Shown one piece after another: positions 1-14,200 of a stretch of 64,000 bases of DNA. Origin of the DNA: Tubulanus polymorphus (Eukaryota; Animalia; Nemertea); contig NC_134025.1 in assembly GCF_964204645.1 (NCBI RefSeq), positions 12,462,001-12,526,000 on the forward strand, read 5' to 3'. How positions within the stretch are numbered: position 1 is the first letter of the stretch; each line of letters starts with the position of its first letter. Position numbers and translations under genes: made by a program. Under the pieces are notes generated by a model. The model searched no databases. It was not told where the DNA came from and saw nothing but the letters and a program-made list of their open reading frames with translations.

Positions 1-3000
1 TGCCTAACCACAAACTGATGGTTTACGAAGATCCATCACCATCAAAAGTAGATGACAATGAAAAAGCACCAGTAGAAGATCAAGAAAATAGGTAAGCATG
101 GATTTATGAATCTTTTACCATGTGAAATGGGGCTCATTACCGGTATTAAAAGTTGAACATTTTTCTCAATCCTTTTAGTGATGTTAACTTTTCAAATTTT
201 CACACTCTTCAAATCTTTGTTTTACAATCATCCAGAGCACCGGTAGGATATCAAGTGGAAACTAAGCGCCAGGGACTATCTGGTATACTTCAACCTTCTA
301 AAGGTATCGCCTTCGAAGCTCCGGAAGCAATTGAAAAAATGCTACATGGTTTTAACGCTGATATCGATGAACTCGATGGTATATGTCCTCTGCCGGATGA
401 CCAGGATTTCACATTTGCACCGTCTGGTGCTTCGACATCAAAATTCAATGTGCCAGTGCATATGATCTCGACGCCATTCCATGCGAGCAAGAATGTGCCA
501 CTTCCAGATGCGGGAGTCAGTAAAATTCACCGTCAACCACTGGGCGAGGTCGACAATACTTTAATGGAACACCAGCAGTATAACAGTGATGATGATGCAG
601 ACAAAGAAAACAGTCGTGATCAGTTTCGAATACCCGAAAATGTGCCTTTTGCACCTCGAACTGGTGTTCGAACACGATGCAGCATCGGATTAGCTTTACT
701 TAGGTATGTACGTGTAAGGAACAATATTGACTCGTTGATTAGTTTATTGATTTTACGTGTTGATAGTTCTATTTTGACATTTAGCGGCGAACATTAATAG
801 CACGGTCATTTTACACAAATTTCAGTGCGATTGTCGGCTATTTTATAGCCTCAGATGCTATAATAGGGTTTCAAATTCGAAAATTTTTTCAGGAGTGAAC
901 CCCAAACCTTCAGTGCTCGCTTCATTGTTTGGCAGTAATGGCAAATAACAGACCAAGATTTAACGATGGAAATAAGTTACTCTGAGTTCAGTTTCAAAAA
1001 TCAGTTTTGGGTAGTACGCATCTACCCATCTTCGCGGTGTAACTGATTTTCATTGCTAAATCTTAAATAAACCGGGTCTTACGACATCAAATGTGTTTTT
1101 CCAGATTTCATTTCTTGTTTTAATCTCGTTAATTTGCTGATTTTCTAGCCCTATCAGTGAAACAAGCGAGAAGTCTTCTAGCAGTAACGAAGCGTCATCG
1201 AACCGCCTCGGCCTTACGACGACACACCACCATTCGACAATGCACACGCATATGAAAACGCCGCATCAAAGCATCAACCACAGCAAACACACATCGATTA
1301 ACCCGATAAAGGCACTTACATTCAACAACAAATCACTGAGCGCTCATAAACTTGGCGTAAGTTTAATATCCACTCATACTGAGCCGTTGAAATTAGCGGA
1401 AATGCAGCCATTATCGGAAACGTTGAACATGACCTGTCACGAAGTTGATATCTCGGCGTACACGCCACCTGATCTCGACGGGCACGAGCAAAAAGTGATG
1501 TCCGAATCGATTATGATCAATCCGAAAAACCCATTCGATTTGAATCTGATTGCGAATTTCTTGGCGAATTTGGATGAGCCGTTGAACAATTATGAGAATT
1601 ACATCGAGTGTGTCGGACTTTTACCGCAAATAAGGACAAAAGATGGATTGATCCTCGGTAGGTGATGATGGTTATGTTATTTCCTACGTATGAGAAAACC
1701 ACCATGATCTAGAAATAATCTTTTTACTTAGGCGATGACACTTATATGGTGGATACGAAGATAGGTGAAGGTGCGTTTGGTAAGGTGTATACCGCTCAAA
1801 CATATGAAGATTTGCTTGGCTCCGATAGAATCTGTTTGAAGGTATGGTTGCGTTTTCTAATGTCAAAACACTAACATGCTATGTTACAGTAGACCATGCG
1901 TAAATCAGATCAACGCAGAAGTTGCAACACTTCAAAATAGCTTCAGATATATTTGGCGTTTAATTCCGAAAATAAAAGATTCTCCATGATAGCCCCTAAA
2001 CTAACAACATTTCAGTATGACTTTTAAATTCAAGAGTTGTAGCTAAGACCCAGTTTGGCATTTTTTGGTTACATTTGACTAGAGAGATAATATAAGTTCA
2101 TTTCCAATGTTTTAAATTTTTACAAGGCAACAGTAAAACAGGATCCTGGTCTACAGGACCCAGTTCCACAGTTCTATGTTAAGGTTCTATGTACAGTTAA
2201 CTCATTGAAAATGAACTAATTTTAACTCAGAGTTAACCCCTAACTCACAACTGTGGAACTGAGTCCTGATGTACAGCATTTCGAGGTCATATGCTTTTCA
2301 TTTCAAGTTCCATGAATAGAAGCTTGAATCCTCGCATATTACACCAAAATATTGTTGTTTTAATGGTACCCTAACAATTCTTGTAAATTTTATCATTAGA
2401 TACAAACACCAGCCTGTCCATGGGAATTTTACATTTCGTGTGAACTACAGAAAAGGTTGTCCTGTGCGAATCTGTCAGATTTGGTAGGTTAAAATCAATC
2501 CCTTAGATCACAAAATGTCTGTCAACATGTGATTTATACTGCCATCTGTTCAAAAAATTATGAAAGGATAGTTTTTTGTATGCAACTTCATTGTTAATTG
2601 GAAAATTTATTTTGGTTTATCAAAAGTCATATCAATCAAAAATGTTTGACTGTTAATTCATTTCCTGTTTCTTATTAGTCGCAAGCCTTTGCATTGTTTA
2701 ACCACGGATATTTCTATGAAAATGGTAGTTGTCTGGTGACACCATTCCATCAAAATGGAAGCATACTTGTAAGTATCAGTACTTGTGCTATATTTTCATT
2801 TAGCATCCATGTTTTGGTAAATGCTATGCAGTCTTTCCTTCTCTTCAAGTTTTGATGTGACTTGTTGGTTTCCTTAGACAAGTGACCATCAATAACTTCT
2901 ATGAAGAAACGACCCACAACTTAATGACATTTCGACTCTTGATTATATGTGCTATTCTCAACGGAAAAGTCTTGAAAATGGCACAATGGCTTATACAGAG

Positions 3001-6000
3001 TCGAATCAGGAGTAGTGCTGACATTAGCCTCAGTCCAGGCTCTGATCTAAGCAATTGTCTGATAACCCAGGACAAGTATATTCTCATTAGGACAAGTAGG
3101 TCATTGTTATCACTTGTCCACCCAATCACTTGTCCACCCAGGCTAGTACATTTCTATGTCTCAAAGCTTTTTAGCCCACTTGGGACTTTAGTCCCAGCGG
3201 GCTATTGTGTTCACTTTTCGTCCTTTCGTCCGTCCGTAGATGGAATCCAGTCATTCTGGGAAGTTTTGAAGACGCTTCAAGGTAATGTCTTGATATTTGG
3301 GTTACACATGTATCTACCCTAGACACATCTTCAGCCCAAAAACTGGCCCTGTCAGAATCAAGATTTTGTCTTCGCTTTAATCAATTACCTTGATGTTTTG
3401 TATATATTTTATTCCCCCAAGGGTCGATCAGCTTAAGAAAAATTGGGTCGATCAGACTCAAGATAGCCGTCCTATGACCTTTTTAGTGCCCAAAAATATC
3501 AATTTTGGCCCGAATTCTGAGTTCTGTAGCTTCCTACTGGTTTGCCATTTCTCATTGCAATTTGTGATGGGTATTCTTTGAAAAGGGATCTTTTATACCT
3601 GAGACAGGTATTTTTGATCAGCCAATTATGACACAATTGGCAGCCATTTTGCTGTCATCAGTACTGATTCGTAGGCGGGAAAAAGTTTTTCCACATTATA
3701 TTGATACCTAAGCATATTGTGTTACCATAATCAATTGGAAAGTTGTAGCTCATAACCTGTTCAATGATTTTGGTGTGTTTCAAGGTCAATTGGTTTTTGT
3801 ATATGGCCACCAGTGGGCGTTGAGTAATACAATAACTTGGTATTTCTATAGCATATTTGTACCTATGCATATTGTGTTACCACAATCAATTGCAAAGTTG
3901 TAGCTCATGACATCATCTATGATTGTGGTGAGCTTTAAGAACATTAGTTATTCTATATGATCACCAGGGGGTGTTGAATAGTAGAATAACTTAGTATTTC
4001 CTCATTACATCGGTACCAAGGCATATTTTGCTACCATGATCAATTGCAAAGTTGTAGTTCATGACATGTTTTATGATTGTGGTGAGTTTCAAGGTCATTG
4101 GGTTTTGCATATGGTCACCAGGGGGTGTTGTAGAATAACTTAGCATTTCCTTATTAAATTAGTAACGAGGCTTATTTCGTTATCACAATCAATTACAAAA
4201 TCGTAGCTGCTGACATGTTCTATGATTGTGGTGAGTTTCAAGGTCATTGGTTTTTGTATATGGTCACCAGCAGGGGCCGTTGAATATTGAAGTGGATATG
4301 GTGTCCCTGGACCCCCAATTGCAAAAACTGATGATTGTGCCGCCAGTCGGATTGCCCATGTTGGGGGCAAGTGAAATTTCAGGTATGCTTGCCCCTGGCA
4401 AGTGGCTTTTATTCCTTAGATTGGACCCTGCAGTGTGACTGCTACAAATCCTCTGAATCACTGCGTCTTAGATCAGCTCATTGAACCCTCTGATGGAAGA
4501 AACAGATGAACTTACTGCGGTATATAAGTTTTGATAGCTTGTCAGTTGCTGAACTGCGGTTAATGATAGTGAGAACCATACCTTTGAACGACAATGATTG
4601 TGAACATGCACTTTACTTTGATGTCATATCACATTGCTTTGGTAAAAATGATTAAGAAATGACGCAAATGATTAAGTCAAACTTTTAACAATTTTTAATA
4701 ACCACATTGCAGTAAAAAATTTGTAACTTCTTGTTACCAGTATTGATGTTGTTGACACTTTTGGTCTCATGTACCACACGGGGAACCGATGGCTGAGTGG
4801 TATAGACAATACGCTGCTGTACCTAAGACTGCTGGTTCGAGGCTTCCTCCTAATATTTTTCTATTTGAACTGTTATTCAAAATGAAACTGAAATTTTCAG
4901 AATCTAGTCAATGCTTTTCTTGGGGATAATCTACCTGAGTGGATCATGGTATATTTCACGATCGAACTTTTGCGTATGGCCGAATCGCTGATCACGTGCA
5001 ACATCATACATGGGGATATCAAACCGGACAACGTGCTGTTAGTGAAATTGTAAGTTTTTCACCCTCAAAAACCACGTCGCGATGGCTGTACAGACCTCTA
5101 GGTCATCCATGGAACCTAGGTTAAAGCCTCCCATTGGTTGGCCATTTATGCTCCATGAAGTTTTTAGCCCGCTACATGCATCACTTCTGCAGACCAAAAA
5201 ATTGGTCTGATCGGAATCACAATGGCCAACTTGTGGCTGAAATTTTGAAGAACCTTTCATCAATTCAAAGTTGATACTTCTCCGGATTTCTCCAGAATTT
5301 TTGATCTTTTTCTAACGTTGAGCGAATTCATTTTCAGCACCCTTATCAAAAGAATTCCTGTCTTATGTTTTATATGTTTACTATACTATCATCTTATTTA
5401 TTTTGTGCACTGTTTTGAAATTTGTAAAGCCTGTTGAGTTATTTTTATGTCATTATATTCGATAATTGTTAACCGTGCATAGGGCACATCTCGGGATTAC
5501 CCAGTTATTGTTTTCACCACGAGGGGGAGTTGAGTGAAAATGATTAAATCTTTTAATTTATATTGGTACCTATATATAATGCATATTTTGTCAACACAAA
5601 TCAATAGCTAAGTTGTAGCATGCCATGTTCTATGATTTTGATTTCTACGATTTATGTTTATGGTCACCAGGGGGTGTTTTGTAGAGGAATATCTTAGTAA
5701 CTCGTATTATATTATATTACCGGGGTTTATCGGTACCAATGTATATTTTATAACCACAATCAATTGCAAAATTGCAATGTATATGTTCTATGATTGTGGT
5801 GAGTTTCAAGGTCATTGGTTTTTGTATATGTTCACCAGGGGTCTTTGATAGCAGAATTACTTAGTATTTCTGTTCACCAGGGCAGATAGAATATTGAAAT
5901 AATCTGATCAAGTTGGCACTGTATATCTGGACGCCTAGTTTATAGGATATTGGTTTTTAGGAAAGTTCCATCGGGACCTACTATTACTCAACAAAAAATC

Positions 6001-8197
6001 ACAAATAACAGGACAGTGTGCTATTGTAATTGAAAACAGGTATTATCCTGAATCATGTTCGGATTTCGTGTAACATTTGACATCTGTTGGGAATTGGACT
6101 TTGGCCATATTAAGTAGCTTAATTCCAAAATTAGACAGATTTTACTGTTTGAACTGGTCCCCTGAAAAAGTAATTTGATTATTGTTGTGCTTATAATTGC
6201 AAAGTTTTTCATAAAACATGATTATTATTTCATATTTGTTACTGATTTTGAAAGCAACATGTAGAAACTGAACTGATCTACATGTACATGCAGTTGCAAG
6301 TAGTTGAGGGTTTGTGATTTCATCAAAAATTTAATGTTCTTTAGACCAACAGGATTGAATGATAAAGAGGCTAAGTACCAGTATGCAACTATCGGAGAAA
6401 TGATGGCTGATCAACCTACACAATGTTTACAGCTAATCGATTTTGGGTGTAGTATAGATATGACTTTATTTCCTCCATCAACCACTTTCACAGCCAGTCG
6501 AGATGTAGATGATTTGAGATGTATTGAGATGAAAACCGGGAGACCTTGGACATGGCAGGTGATTATGACCCATTTAGATGAATTAGATCAAAAGATTTTA
6601 AAAGATTTGAATTTTTAAGTGTGAAAAAACCCATTTACAGAAACCTGAACCTGTTGGGTGCGATTTTCACACAATTAATTTTTGTTTTTTACTCATTGGT
6701 TTAAGCATATAAGCGAATTCAAATAAACATCACCCCTGAAAATTCTTCATATTCCCATTTCTTCTTGTATCATTAACCTCCAAACTACTCACCCCTGGCT
6801 GGTATTCAGCGGACGTTTCTTCTTACTGTACCACACAATTTTCTCTGCTCATTTATTACGTTTCTGCGTGAAATTGGCAAATAGAATTACTTATGATCAG
6901 AGTTCATGGAGGGTCTTGAAACCCTTTTCAATCCAAGGCCAGAATATAAGTGCCATCACTTTTTGTTGGTGTTTTTATATAGTTTAGAAGGGATAAAGAA
7001 AAAAGGAAGTGCCTTTTTAGCCCACTTGGGACTTTAGTCCCAGCGGGCTATTGCATTCACTTTTCATTCGTCCGTCCGTCCGTAGACGGAATCCAGTTAT
7101 TTTGGGAAGTTTTGAAGACGCTTCAAGGTAATCGGTTGATATTTGGTTTATACATGTATCTACTCTAGACACATCTTCAGCCCAAAAACTGGCCCTGTCA
7201 GAATCAAGATGGCCGACTGGCAGCCATTGTTATTTGCCAGAATCAGCACTTTTTACACGTTTTTGAACTTTTTGATGGAAATTTTGAAGACGCCTTGATC
7301 TTTTGTATGTATGTGAACCCCCAGGGCCCATCAACATAACTAAAATTGGGTCGATCGGACTCAAGATGGTCGTCCTAGGACCTTTTCAGTGCCCAAATTG
7401 GCCCGAATTTTGAGTCCTGTAGCTTCCTACTGGTTTGCCATTTCTCATTGCAACTGCTGATGGGTATTCTTTGGAAAGGGATGTTTTATACCTGAGACAG
7501 GTATTTTTGATCAGCCAACTATGACGCAATTGGCGGCCATCTTGGTGTCATCAGTACTCATTCGTAGGTGGGAAAAAGTTTTTCACCAATATATTGATAC
7601 CTAAGAATATTTTGTTACAACAATGAACTACAAAGTTGTAGCTTATAACATGTTCTATGATTGTGGTGAGTTTCATGGTCATTAGTTTTGGTATATGGCA
7701 ACCAGGGGGCATTGATTAATAAAATTTCTTAGTATTTCTATATTATATTTGTACCAATACATATTTTGTTACCACAATCAATTGAAAGTTGTAGCTCATG
7801 ACATTGTCTATGATTGTGGTGAGTTTTAAGGAAATTAGTTATTCTATATGGTCACCAGGGGGCGTTGAATAGTAGAATAACCTAGTATTTCCTTATTATA
7901 TTGGTACCTAGGCATATTTTGTTACCATGATCAATTGCAAAGTTGCAGTTCATGACATGTTCTGTGATTGTGGTGAGTTTCAAGGTCATGGGGTTTTGAA
8001 TATGGTCACCAGGGGGTGTTGAATAGTAGAATAACTTAGTATTTCCTTATTAAATTCGTAACGAGGCATATTTTGTTATCACAATCAATTACAAAATCGT
8101 AGCTGCTGACATGTTTTATGATTGTGGTGAGTTTCAAGGTCATTGATTTTTTATGGGTTTCGTCGTCAGACGAACCCATCTATGGCATCGTCGTCAT

Positions 8198-8232
<35 letters not shown>

Positions 8233-11200
8233 GATGTTTCTTTATGACACGATTTAAGCTGTTTGTGTGGACCGACAATTCTGTAATTTCACACAGGTAT
8301 TCTCTACTTGATGTAGATGGTGCAGCTTGGTTTATATTTGATTCCGATGGTTATAAGTGCTCTAATTTGGTTAAAAGATCATTAACATTACTCGCTAGTT
8401 CAAGCCGCTGTATAGCGCGTTGCTACGACGACGCTCGATCAACATACTGGTACTCGCTGTGTAATACTGAACACGTATATACCTGCAGATATTGATCGTA
8501 CTAGCACCGGTTTTAGATAGTCTAGTACCTAGCCGTTGTTCCTGAAACAACGTCTAGGGCGAAAGTGCTCATATAAGGTTAATTTTCGTCCCTCATTTTG
8601 AGGGACGAGGCTTTGAGCGTCTATTTCACCCCTTAAAACACCATCAACTTACCTCAAACTGACTGTTCTGTAATCAGATGGAAGTTAACTATTGATTGTA
8701 CATAAATTTGTAATCCTAAGTAGCTTTTGACGATCGTAGTAGCTCAAAACTTTTGACTAGTCGCTTCAAAAAACAGTTGAAGTGAAGCAACATAACAAAT
8801 ATGGCGGCTTTTCGTGGTGCATGATGGGAGTGTAAATTACGGATTCGAACTTAAACTTGGTGCCAATGAAGATATTATTCTTGTTTCAAATTATTAAGGT
8901 TAAAATTAACCAAAATTTATGCGTTTTATCAACAAAAAAAATAACATTTAGAGTAATTTTAGAGAGACATATTGAATTTTCACATTTTATTAATTTAGTC
9001 CGTATTGGAAATCCCGATAGTGGCAATCAATTCAATTCAAATCAAATCAATAAATTCTCCGGTTCGCGATTTAAATCATCAAATGTTTTATTATAAAACA
9101 CGTTTTCAAAGTCAACAAGGTAACTAATTTATTTATTTGACACTAAAATCAGTTGTTGCATTGCAATTAACAGGAGTTAACCTCTATATGATACTTTAGC
9201 GTCAGACGTTGTACGGAACCGTAACAACGACTGGTATTCAGACTACGGTTTTAGATAGCGCGCGCGCTGATCGGTCTTAACACTTCTCGGAACTGCTGTG
9301 CTAAATGCTGAGAGGCCGAATCTATGCGCAATCATTTATTGGGCTCGTCACAATTGATAGTGAATGGATAAATAACCGGTGTCAATGACGGTCGCTACTC
9401 CCCATCAGTATAACTCGTCAGTATAAGAAATAATTCTTTCGAGTTTTTTTTTTCAATCCCCGAAGTTGTTGTTACTATGTTGACCTCGCCGTTTTATAAG
9501 CTTACCGATGATTCTTCTAGTATTTTCAGGGTCACAAGACATGACGAAGTCGCAAAGTTTTGTACAAATTTCACGAAACAAACAATTATTTAGGCGGCAC
9601 CTGATCTATTGATTAATTATGATAAATAATGTTTATTTCATTAAAAATTTGTTTTATTCAAACACTACTTTCATCGCACATAGCGTGATCGGTAGGCCCT
9701 ACTATTCTACGGTAGGCCATGGACTCTTTCATGTGGTAGGCCTGTTACAAATGATACAATCCGCGTGTCCATGAATAAGTGACACGTGGTGGGGCGGGTT
9801 GTGAGGAGCATCGAAACTAATCCGTCACAAATAATCGATAGAAAACAATACCTTAAGAGGTTAACTTTTATTAACATCATTACCAAATCAAAACCTGCAC
9901 ATCCTATCATAAATAGAAATTCTAAGAATTTATTTCAAAGAATAATAAATTACGTCTAAATATTGGGATTCGAACTCGTAGCATCGATTCAGGTGCCTTT
10001 CCCAAAGCGGGTATCCCGCGGGGAAAACCCATTACTATTTATATCGAGAATTGCCTTTTTGACAGCGAGTTCGGTGAATGAAACAGAAACAATTACACAG
10101 AAACCCATCATGGAAAGTTTCTTTCTGGTTGTATATGGTCACCAGGGGGTGTTGAATATTGAAATTGTTAGATTGTCGAGCATTTGAAAGAAGAAATATC
10201 AAACCTCAAAAAAGTAGTACCTATTTTGAACAGAAATATATGTTAAGAAGCATAGTTTTAGATTAACTCTAATTATTCCTAATTCATTTTCAATTGTTTT
10301 GAATGAACAGATTTGAAGTCCAGGTTTTAGTCACAAATTATTGTGCAACGAGACTCAGGAATCCCACTTGTGAAATGACCCCTTTCATTTTTAAATTGCG
10401 TTCAAGAATTAAAATCAATTTGTCCTGATAAACTCCATACACCAATCTATCCATAGAAAATTAATCATTTCTGTATTTGGATAACAAGGATAATCCCGCA
10501 ATAAATCGACCAAAGATGAAAAGCTCAACAGTGACAAGAATATATATTTTTGCGCGACGTTTCATCCAAATACTTTTAGCCATCATCAATGTCTGAAAAC
10601 TTGTCTAATCCATCTGATTGATATGCACAAAATTAGCAAAACAATAAATTTCCTCTTTTGAATGGAAAAATTCTTTCTGATGACATCACACTGAAACATG
10701 ATACTCCCATTCCCTGTTCTACATTAGTATAGAACATTCCATTTACCCAAAACGAAGGTCCCGTCAGACAATATGGCTATGCAACCCAAAAAGTCAACGA
10801 ATACTTGGGACGTTTGGAGTCCCATTGGACTGTAAAGCGTTAACAATTTTTTAGAGCGCTTAACTGTGAAAGGGCCCAAAACTTCATACAACCTCTCATA
10901 AATCAGAAGTTTCATAAAAGAATTTTGATTTTGCAATTCAGTCGGATCTGTTCGGTGTAGCTGGAATCATCCATACGTTATTGTTCGGAACCTACATGAA
11001 GGTGTATCAAGCACCAAATAAAAGGTGGAGAATCAACTCGAAGTGCAAGCGGTAAGAACAATATCAAACTTTATATCAGAAAGAATGAAATGACGAATAA
11101 TTAGTAAATTTAAGATCTTCGTTTATTATTATATATTGATTTAAAAAACACAGTTTCACCTCCTAGCCTGTATCAATGAAACTATCATTTTGCAACCAGA

Positions 11201-14200
11201 CCCCGGATAGCAGATCCAATCAGAGTTCCCATTGCATTATATGTACAAGGGGCTCACATATGAAAAGGGGATAAAAGGCAACATTTTCTAAAGTGAGAAA
11301 TACAGAGCCTACGAGGGCACTTTGGTTTTGATCTGCGAATGCCATCAGTTTTGAATGCATTTGACTGAAGCCATGATAAAACCATGATACATATTGCACT
11401 TTATGCTTCACAAATGACTATGAAAATCGTTGGGCTAGTGTGAATCTATTATATGTACATTAGAATTACATTTACAATAGTGATTTTATGATCATATCAA
11501 TCATTGCTGATTGATCTTCTCTATGTAAACTCCCTAGACAAAAAGCCCTGCACATCACGATCACGGTTTTCTAGACCAATTTTTTACATCTATACAGGCC
11601 TAATATCAATATAAAAAGCCCATATCAATATAAAAAAATATAATGAGGAGTCATACATGTTTTTGAATATTCGAGTTTTTATACCTGATTAAGGAATATA
11701 GATTATCAGAATTTGCATAATAATGTTCTCAATTTCGTTACTGTTATTAAATGACCATTGACAATTGAATGGGTAACCATTGAGCCACACGATGTTTGCT
11801 GTGTTGAATTTAGTCCCTTTTTTAAAGGAAATTTTGATACACATATCGGCGAAAAGCGTCCTAAGCATCCTATGAATTCGAAAGCAATGATAACGAAAAT
11901 GTGGATTAAGTAGCCACCGAAAAGATTGATATGTAATTCAATCGCTAGAAAACTTGAGTATTATGTGCCCTCGTAAAAATTCAATCGATTCGAAAAAGAG
12001 ATTGTTCGATTGCAAAATAGAAAAACAAACCGAGTAAAGCTTTTCTTACAAATCTTTTTGAACACAAACTGTATAAGATGAGTACATTCGGTGAATTACC
12101 CTTTAGAGAAAGATTACAGACTAAAAAGATCTAGGCTTTATAAAATTTGCCTGGCTCTACAAAATCATCGAAAGGAAGCTTCAAATAGTCAGGAGGTGGT
12201 GGTTCCACAGTTCTGGGTTAAAAGTCGACTGTGATTTAAGTATCTACGTGTAAAAGAACAAACTGTGGAACTGGTTGCAGACTTGATTATTTCCTATATA
12301 TAAAAGATTGAAGCATTTGACATGGACTCGTTTGATTTCTCGATGATTAATGCTTCGTTCAGTACCGTATCTATTATTGCTACCAGATCATCGTCGAATG
12401 TCTGTCAAGTATTTTATCACAGGTTTTCAAGCACTTATCGACGGAGAGCGGAATTTTCTCGCCACTTCTATTGTCCGTTTGACTCGTCGAACACGATTCG
12501 ACATTGTCTGGTTGCGCCTCTTGTTGCGACAATCGCCGTACGCTGTCTCGCCTCGCCAATGACTGTAACTTTTGAGTTGTTTTAATTCGCTGGTATTCTT
12601 TTACTCGTTGATACGCCCCGTTTTGGCCGGGATCGTCTTTTTGAGGTGTCATCACAATGGATGATGACGCGCTTTCACTTTTTAATGACGACGTATCCGA
12701 TGGCAGCGAATCATAATCGTAGCTGATATACGAATTTGATTTTGAATCCCTTTTCAGCGACGAATCCTTTTGAATTTTCGGTGGTACGGGCGGCGGTGTT
12801 TGTGATTTGCTCGATTTCTTGTGGAACGGAAATAGCTTTTTGAAACTGTCTCGATAACGGTTTTTTCGCTTGAAGGCCACCGGCGAAGTATCGGAATGAC
12901 CCGCTCCTTGATGTCGTGACCGCGATACGTACATAATCCTCATCGGGCTGGCGCTGAGCAGATCTCTTTGTTGATCCTGATAGAACGATAGCTCGAGATC
13001 ACTCCATTCGGGCATTTCCGTACTGGTGTCGCTCTTGTTACACTGATGAACTGCCCTGTCGTCGGATTCGGCGTCAATTTCATTGTAATAATTGCTGATC
13101 GGTGATGGCCACTTATCGGGCTCGTCGCTCCATGAGATCTGTTTTCGTTTGTTACGACCGCTGGCGCGATTGTTGTTATGATGAACACGTCTGGTCGTGT
13201 CGTCGAGGCAGTGATAATGTCCTTCATCATCAACGGTTGACTGCAAAGGGAATTTGTCGACCGACGATGATGACTTTACGTTGTTAGCTTTGACACGCTT
13301 GGACGACAATAAATCATCCATCGAACGCGTTACGGGAGTCGATTCGTTCGAAGTCGATACGTCGGAAGTTTGTACAATTATCTCCGGGTAAACGTGTTGC
13401 GTTTCGGGCGATTTGCGCGCTATTTTTTCATCGGACGAAGAACTGTTTTTCCGCATTTCACATTGGTGATGATTAGGTGAAACACGCTTTTCATCATTGT
13501 CATCGTCGCTGCAAGCGCTGTTAGTTGTAAACTGATTTTCAAGCGGTGTAATGGATGATTCTTCCATTGTTAGTGATGACCGTCGGCTTGACGGCTTTGT
13601 ACATTCATCATGATTATCGTAAGTGGGTCTATTATTTGATGACGACGACGACGGCAGAACTTCGGCGACTGGTTTTGCAACCAGGTCAGGTAACGCCAAC
13701 ATATTCGAAAGTTGATCAGACACGCGACATTTATTCAAATCATTGCGGAGAATTTGATCTCCACTTCTGTGGCTGTCATCGCCATCGCACGAGTCCGAAT
13801 GATTTTCGTCGGCGAACAAACTTGGTAGCGGAAGATCATCGATATTGAAATCGGTATCTGCAGCCAAAAAACTGTTATCGATCAACCCGTCAAGCATTGA
13901 TATTCCGCTGTTGCAACAATAGTCATTCAGCCCGTGTGGAGGCGGGGGCAATTCATACGGGCTGTTTTGGTGATCGGCGTACGAGTCATTCGCTTTTTCG
14001 TCGTTCGGTGGCAAGTCGATGAATGGAAGAGGTGTTTTCGACGGCGATAAAGCGATGATTGTTCCAGTGTCCGATTCCGATGCTAGACTATCAGTCGCAC
14101 TCGATTGCTTTGTCACGGAATAGCGCTCCGTCGCTGCGGAGGACAAAGTCGTCGCTTCGGTACTGTTTTTAATGGTGTCAGAACTCCTTAAAACTTGCCG

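Larger units (their letters stand above)
7014..10190 (+). mobile_element. Helentron family A, copy 2, interrupted at about 8150 by a 2-kb insertion and resuming at about 10131
   Basis: Same 5' end and tandem units as copy 1. The family motif ggtcattg(g/a)ttttt-gtatatggtcaccaggggg is split by the insertion. Confidence 0.75.

Noticed and set aside
2882-3581. ORFs sharing PLGTLVPAGYCVHFSS with the ORF at 56433-56672
   Set aside because: The similarity comes from the non-coding Helentron family A 5' end, not from a gene family.
4781-4850. Functional tRNA gene (also 42118-42183)
   Set aside because: A and B boxes are present, but the acceptor, anticodon and T stems do not form properly.
10550-10595. 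Minus-strand hammerhead-like TTGATGA...GAAACGTC
   Set aside because: The core C is mutated and stem II pairs poorly; at most a decayed Penelope-like fragment.
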